64,000 bases of DNA, taken from NCBI RefSeq assembly GCF_009914755.1, contig NC_060933.1, one strand, 5' to 3'. Origin of the DNA: the human T2T-CHM13v2.0 reference genome, Homo sapiens. Each line of letters begins with the position of its first letter. The first letter of the stretch is position 1. Positions 57,320 through 64,000 of this stretch are shown here, one piece after another. The notes below the pieces were generated by a model. That model ran no database searches and was not told the origin of the DNA. It saw only the letters and a list, made by a program, of their open reading frames with translations. The translations under genes and the position numbers were made by a program.

Positions 57320-58344
57320 CAGAATTACCCCACTGGATCCTGGACCCACAGAATTCCTTCAGGATCCTTCTTGCTGCCAGACTGAAAGCAAAAGGAATTA
57401 TTTCCCCTCAAGTTTTCTAAGTGATTTCCAAAAGCAGAGGTGTGTGGAAATTTCCAGTAACAGAAACAGATGGGTTGCCAATAGAGTTATTTTTTATCTA
57501 TAGCTTCCTCTGGGTACTAGAAGAGGCTATTGAGACTATGAGCTCACAGACAGGGCTTCGCACAAACTCAAATCATAATTGACATGTTTTATGGATTACT
57601 GGAATCTTGATAGCATAATGAAGTTGTTCTAATTAACAGAGAGCATTTAAATATACACTAAGTGCACAAATTGTGGAGTAAAGTCATCAAGCTCTGTTTT
57701 TGAGGTCTAAGTCACAAAGCATTTGTTTTAACCTGTAATGGCACCATGTTTAATGGTGGTTTTTTTTTTGAACTACATCTTTCCTTTAAAAATTATTGGT
57801 TTCTTTTTATTTGTTTTTACCTTAGAAATCAATTATATACAGTCAAAAATATTTGATATGCTCATACGTTGTATCTGCAGCAATTTCAGATAAGTAGCTA
57901 AAATGGCCAAAGCCCCAAACTAAGCCTCCTTTTCTGGCCCTCAATATGACTTTAAATTTGACTTTTCAGTGCCTCAGTTTGCACATCTGTAATACAGCAA
58001 TGCTAAGTAGTCAAGGCCTTTGATAATTGGCACTATGGAAATCCTGCAAGATCCCACTACATATGTGTGGAGCAGAAGGGTAACTCGGCTACAGTAACAG
58101 CTTAATTTTGTTAAATTTGTTCTTTATACTGGAGCCATGAAGCTCAGAGCATTAGCTGACCCTTGAACTATTCAAATGGGCACATTAGCTAGTATAACAG
58201 ACTTACATAGGTGGGCCTAAAGCAAGCTCCTTAACTGAGCAAAATTTGGGGCTTATGAGAATGAAAGGGTGTGAAATTGACTAACAGACAAATCATACAT
58301 CTCAGTTTCTCAATTCTCATGTAAATCAGAGAATGCCTTTAAAG

Positions 58345-58350
58345 AATAAA
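58345..58350 (+). terminator. Polyadenylation signal AATAAA of PDCD1LG2
   Basis: Canonical hexamer followed by T-rich sequence (ttattcttcaacgttctttatatattctactttt). Confidence 0.8.
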
Positions 58351-59209
58351 ACTCAATTGTTATTCTTCAACGTTCTTTATATATTCTACTTTTGGGTAAG
58401 AGGTTTGCTCAGGGTCTTGCAAGTCAGTAAGTTTAATATCCTATTACGCCATTTGGCTCCCAAAGATTTGAAGGCCTTTGAGGCAAACTTGGATGTACTT
58501 TTCAGCAGGGTTGGGTCCTAGGGATGCTTGATCTGGGGCTCCTGCTGGAGGAGGAGCACTTCCTAACACCACAGAGAGCAGGGCAGGAGACAAGGCCTTC
58601 TTCCCTGGAAGAAGCCCACCTATGCTGCCCCTACCCCCACCCATGCCCCAGATATGTGATTGGCATGTTGAATGCTTGGGGAGTTTTGTTTAACTCTGTT
58701 AGGAACCCAGTGGCATAATGGCTTCTGTCAAAATATTCCCATCTTTGTTCCTAGATTGGGGCTATCTTTTAGATTACCAAATAGGGAGAGAGCAATCTAG
58801 CTGTAGTATCCTGAAATCTGGGTTCTGTCAGGGGAGAAAATCATAAGGCAATGTGTCTTAGCTTCAGAAATTTTCTATACTACAGCATGCTATCTTAACA
58901 CCTAACATTTATCAAGTACTTGCTATTGCCCAATATTGTTAAGCATTTTACACATACTATTGGAACAAATCATCCCCAAACTCTCTGAAAAAGACACTAT
59001 TAATTACTCCATTTTACAGATAAGGAAAGGCACAGAGAGGTTAAGTAATTTGGTTAAGGCTGCTTGTTCAGTTTGAAAGGGATGGAATTAGAGCAACAAA
59101 CCTATATTTTTTGTTACACACCATAATGTGCCCTGATTTCCTACCACATGGGGTTTAAAGTGGTATTTTTATACTGTGTGGTCTCTTTGCTGGTCAATAA
59201 TTAATTTCA

Positions 59210-59857
59210 GAAACAACAGATGCTGGCGAGGGTGCAGAGAAATAGGAACACTTTTACACTGTTGGTGGGAGTGTAAATTAGTTCAACCCTTGTGGAAGAC
59301 AGTGTGGTGATTTCTCAAGGGTCTAGAACCAGAAATACCATTTGACCCAGCAATCACATTACTGAGTATATACCCAAAGGATTATAAATCATTCTACTAT
59401 AAAGACACATGCACACGTATGTTTATTGCAGCACTATTCACAATAGCAAAAACTTGGAACCAACCCAAATGCCCATCAATGATAGACTGGATAAAGAAAA
59501 GGTGGCACATATACAGCATGGAATACTATGCAGCCATAAAAAAAGAATGAGTTCATGTCCTTTTCAGGGACATGGATGAAGCTGGAAACCATAATCCTCA
59601 GCAAACTAACACAGGAACAGAAAACCAAACACCACATGTTCTCACTCATATGTAGGAGTTGAACAATGAGAACACATGGACACAAGGAGGGGAACATCAC
59701 CCACCAGGGCCTGTTGAGGGGGTTGGGGGAAAGCAGAGAAGAGCATTAGGACAAATACCTAGATGACATGTTGATAGATTCAGCAAACCACCATGGCACA
59801 TGTATACCTATGTAACAAACCTGCAGGTTCAGCACATGTATCCCAGAATTTAATAAT
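59210..59857 (+). mobile_element. 5'-truncated L1PA with 14-bp TSD
   Basis: L1PA 3' end; AATAATTAATTTCA at 59196-59209 and 59858-59871. Confidence 0.93.
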
Positions 59858-60003
59858 AATAATTAATTTCACTCTTTTCCAGGGAAGTGCTATAGGAGTG
59901 TAGGTGGCGTGTGGGTTCTGGCATCAGAGATTCAAACCCCAGCTCAACTAGGTATGAGTTATACAACTCTGAATATATTGGTTGACCTCTACGCATCAGT
60001 TTA

Positions 60004-61858
<1,855 letters not shown>

Positions 61859-62029
61859 TCATCTACCATAAGCTCACACTTATGTTGCTGACAAGTGTTC
61901 CTAATTATCACTTTTACTGGCTGCATAATATTCTACTGAGTGGCTGTGACAAAATTTAATTAACTGTTCCCCTATTAATGTAAGATTACCGTTGTTTCTG
62001 GTTTTTTTGCCACTTTAGTTACAAGCTTT

Positions 62030-62567
62030 TGTGCTGGATATCCTCCATTTGACCCTCCAGATCCACTCTCCAGCCTTGTCCTCCCTGCTTTGGGTCCTAT
62101 GAAGCTGACTTGTATGGACTGTATCAATGGGCTCCATTGCTCTCTGGCTTTTGATTGGGTTCAGCCAATGGGGACCCTGGCAGGAGATCAGAGGATGGGA
62201 GAAGAGTATTGCTGGGGTATTTATTCCCCAGGCTCTCCGTCTCCAGGGTCACTGCTGGCTGGATAATTCTCTCAACTAAAGGTCACAGCTCTTGTTGAAT
62301 GACCCTTTCCACATGGCTCCATCTGCCTGTGGGTTCCAGTAACTGCTCTCTCCAGTCCCCTTTTCATGTCTGGGTGCCTACGTGTCCCCTCACCCCCTGC
62401 AACACACACACACATGTGCAAACACACACACACACACACACACACCTGTTCCTGCTAGCCTTTGGGTACTGCACTATTCCTTAGAGTTCCCTACACCTGG
62501 CCCACATCTCTACAAAGAGTCTCTTTAATTAGTCCTCAAATTATACAGTTCAGTGTCCTAACTGATA
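62030..62567 (+). mobile_element. LTR33-like ERVL LTR containing (CA)n at ~62402-62444
   Basis: Starts tgtgctggatat...ccctccagatccactctcc, as in the recalled LTR33 consensus. Confidence 0.72.
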
Positions 62568-63306
62568 TATCATGCTATTTCAGATAATGCATGTCTTTTT
62601 ACATCTAATTTCATTAGGATGGATACCTGAAAAGGGAATTATGGAGTCAAAGAATGTGAACACTTCAGGCTCTTGAGTCATACTGTCAATTTGCTTTTGA
62701 AAAGGATCTGTTGGCATTGGTACCAGTGCATCCTTCCAGCACTGGATATTTTAAAATATAATTTTGCTAAGTCAATAGGTTAAAAAATGGTACTTTATGG
62801 TAATTTAAGTTTTCATATCTTGGATTACCCTCAAGTTTGCTTATAAAACCTGGTTATTGCTGTGTACGTTGTTATTTTGGAGTTTGTTTAAATGTTTCTC
62901 CCTTCCCCACTCATTCTCTAGTTGTATAATCTTTCCTTAATAATTCAATTTTTTAAAAGATCAACTTTTTAAAGCCTCAATGTCTTCATCTATTTACAGA
63001 TATCCTAACAATAACACCTCTCTCACAGAATTATTGTGAGAATTAAATGAAAATAAGCATGTAGCATATAAGAAACATCCAAGAAACATGAATGCTTTCC
63101 TCCTTAATAATTATGCATGGAGTTTAATTAACAAATTATGTCTATTTTTTAAAAAAATTGTGTCAGTTTTCTTTCAAGTTTATATTGAAACTTACTTCAT
63201 AAAATAATATTATAGATGAGCAGAACAATTCAGTATTATCCAGATTTGTTTTTATATATTATGTGACTTTAGAAAATTTGTAACCCTTTTAAGCCAAAAT
63301 CTTTAA

Positions 63307-63884
<578 letters not shown>

Positions 63885-64000
63885 TAATTCTTAGAGCCAA
63901 CCACCACCAAAGATTATTCCTGCTGGTAAAAAATGCTGATCGCTACTCTGGGATCTCATCATCTACATTGAGATCAGGCAGATTTTCCCACCACATCCTT

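Larger units (their letters stand above)
57076..58398 (+). other. PDCD1LG2: PD-L2 3' UTR (~1.3 kb)
   Basis: Largely non-repetitive AT-rich sequence between the stop and the polyadenylation signal; end approximate. Confidence 0.85.

Noticed and set aside
57742-57760. CACCAT-gttta-ATGGTG hairpin as a Roquin/Regnase element
   Set aside because: The 5-nt loop fits neither the CDE triloop nor the ADE hexaloop consensus.

Overview
Human-type (primate) genomic DNA holding most of PDCD1LG2 (PD-L2/CD273/B7-DC) on the + strand. The window opens inside intron 1; from recalled gene structure, the non-coding exon 1 lies upstream of base 1. It contains six exons (9648-9716, 21862-22167, 36452-36721, 44735-44869, 50278-50327, 57070-~58398) that splice via GT-AG junctions into an 822-nt CDS (273 aa: signal peptide, IgV, IgC, TM, short tail). 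The rest is intronic or 3' flanking DNA rich in Alu, L1, L2, MIR, LTR and DNA-transposon relics, and nearly all listed ORFs are repeat-derived noise. The most interesting signals are sequence-encoded routes to non-canonical PD-L2 isoforms: (1) exon 4 read-through into an antisense LTR33 gives a 25-aa Cys-containing tail, a stop and an AATAAA 10 nt later, paralleling retroelement-derived secreted PD-L1; (2) a second reading frame is open across exons 5-7 and can be entered by a tandem acceptor or an overlapping donor; (3) three miR-17-family seed sites cluster at the start of the 3' UTR. Repeat family names and literature parallels are from memory, not database searches.
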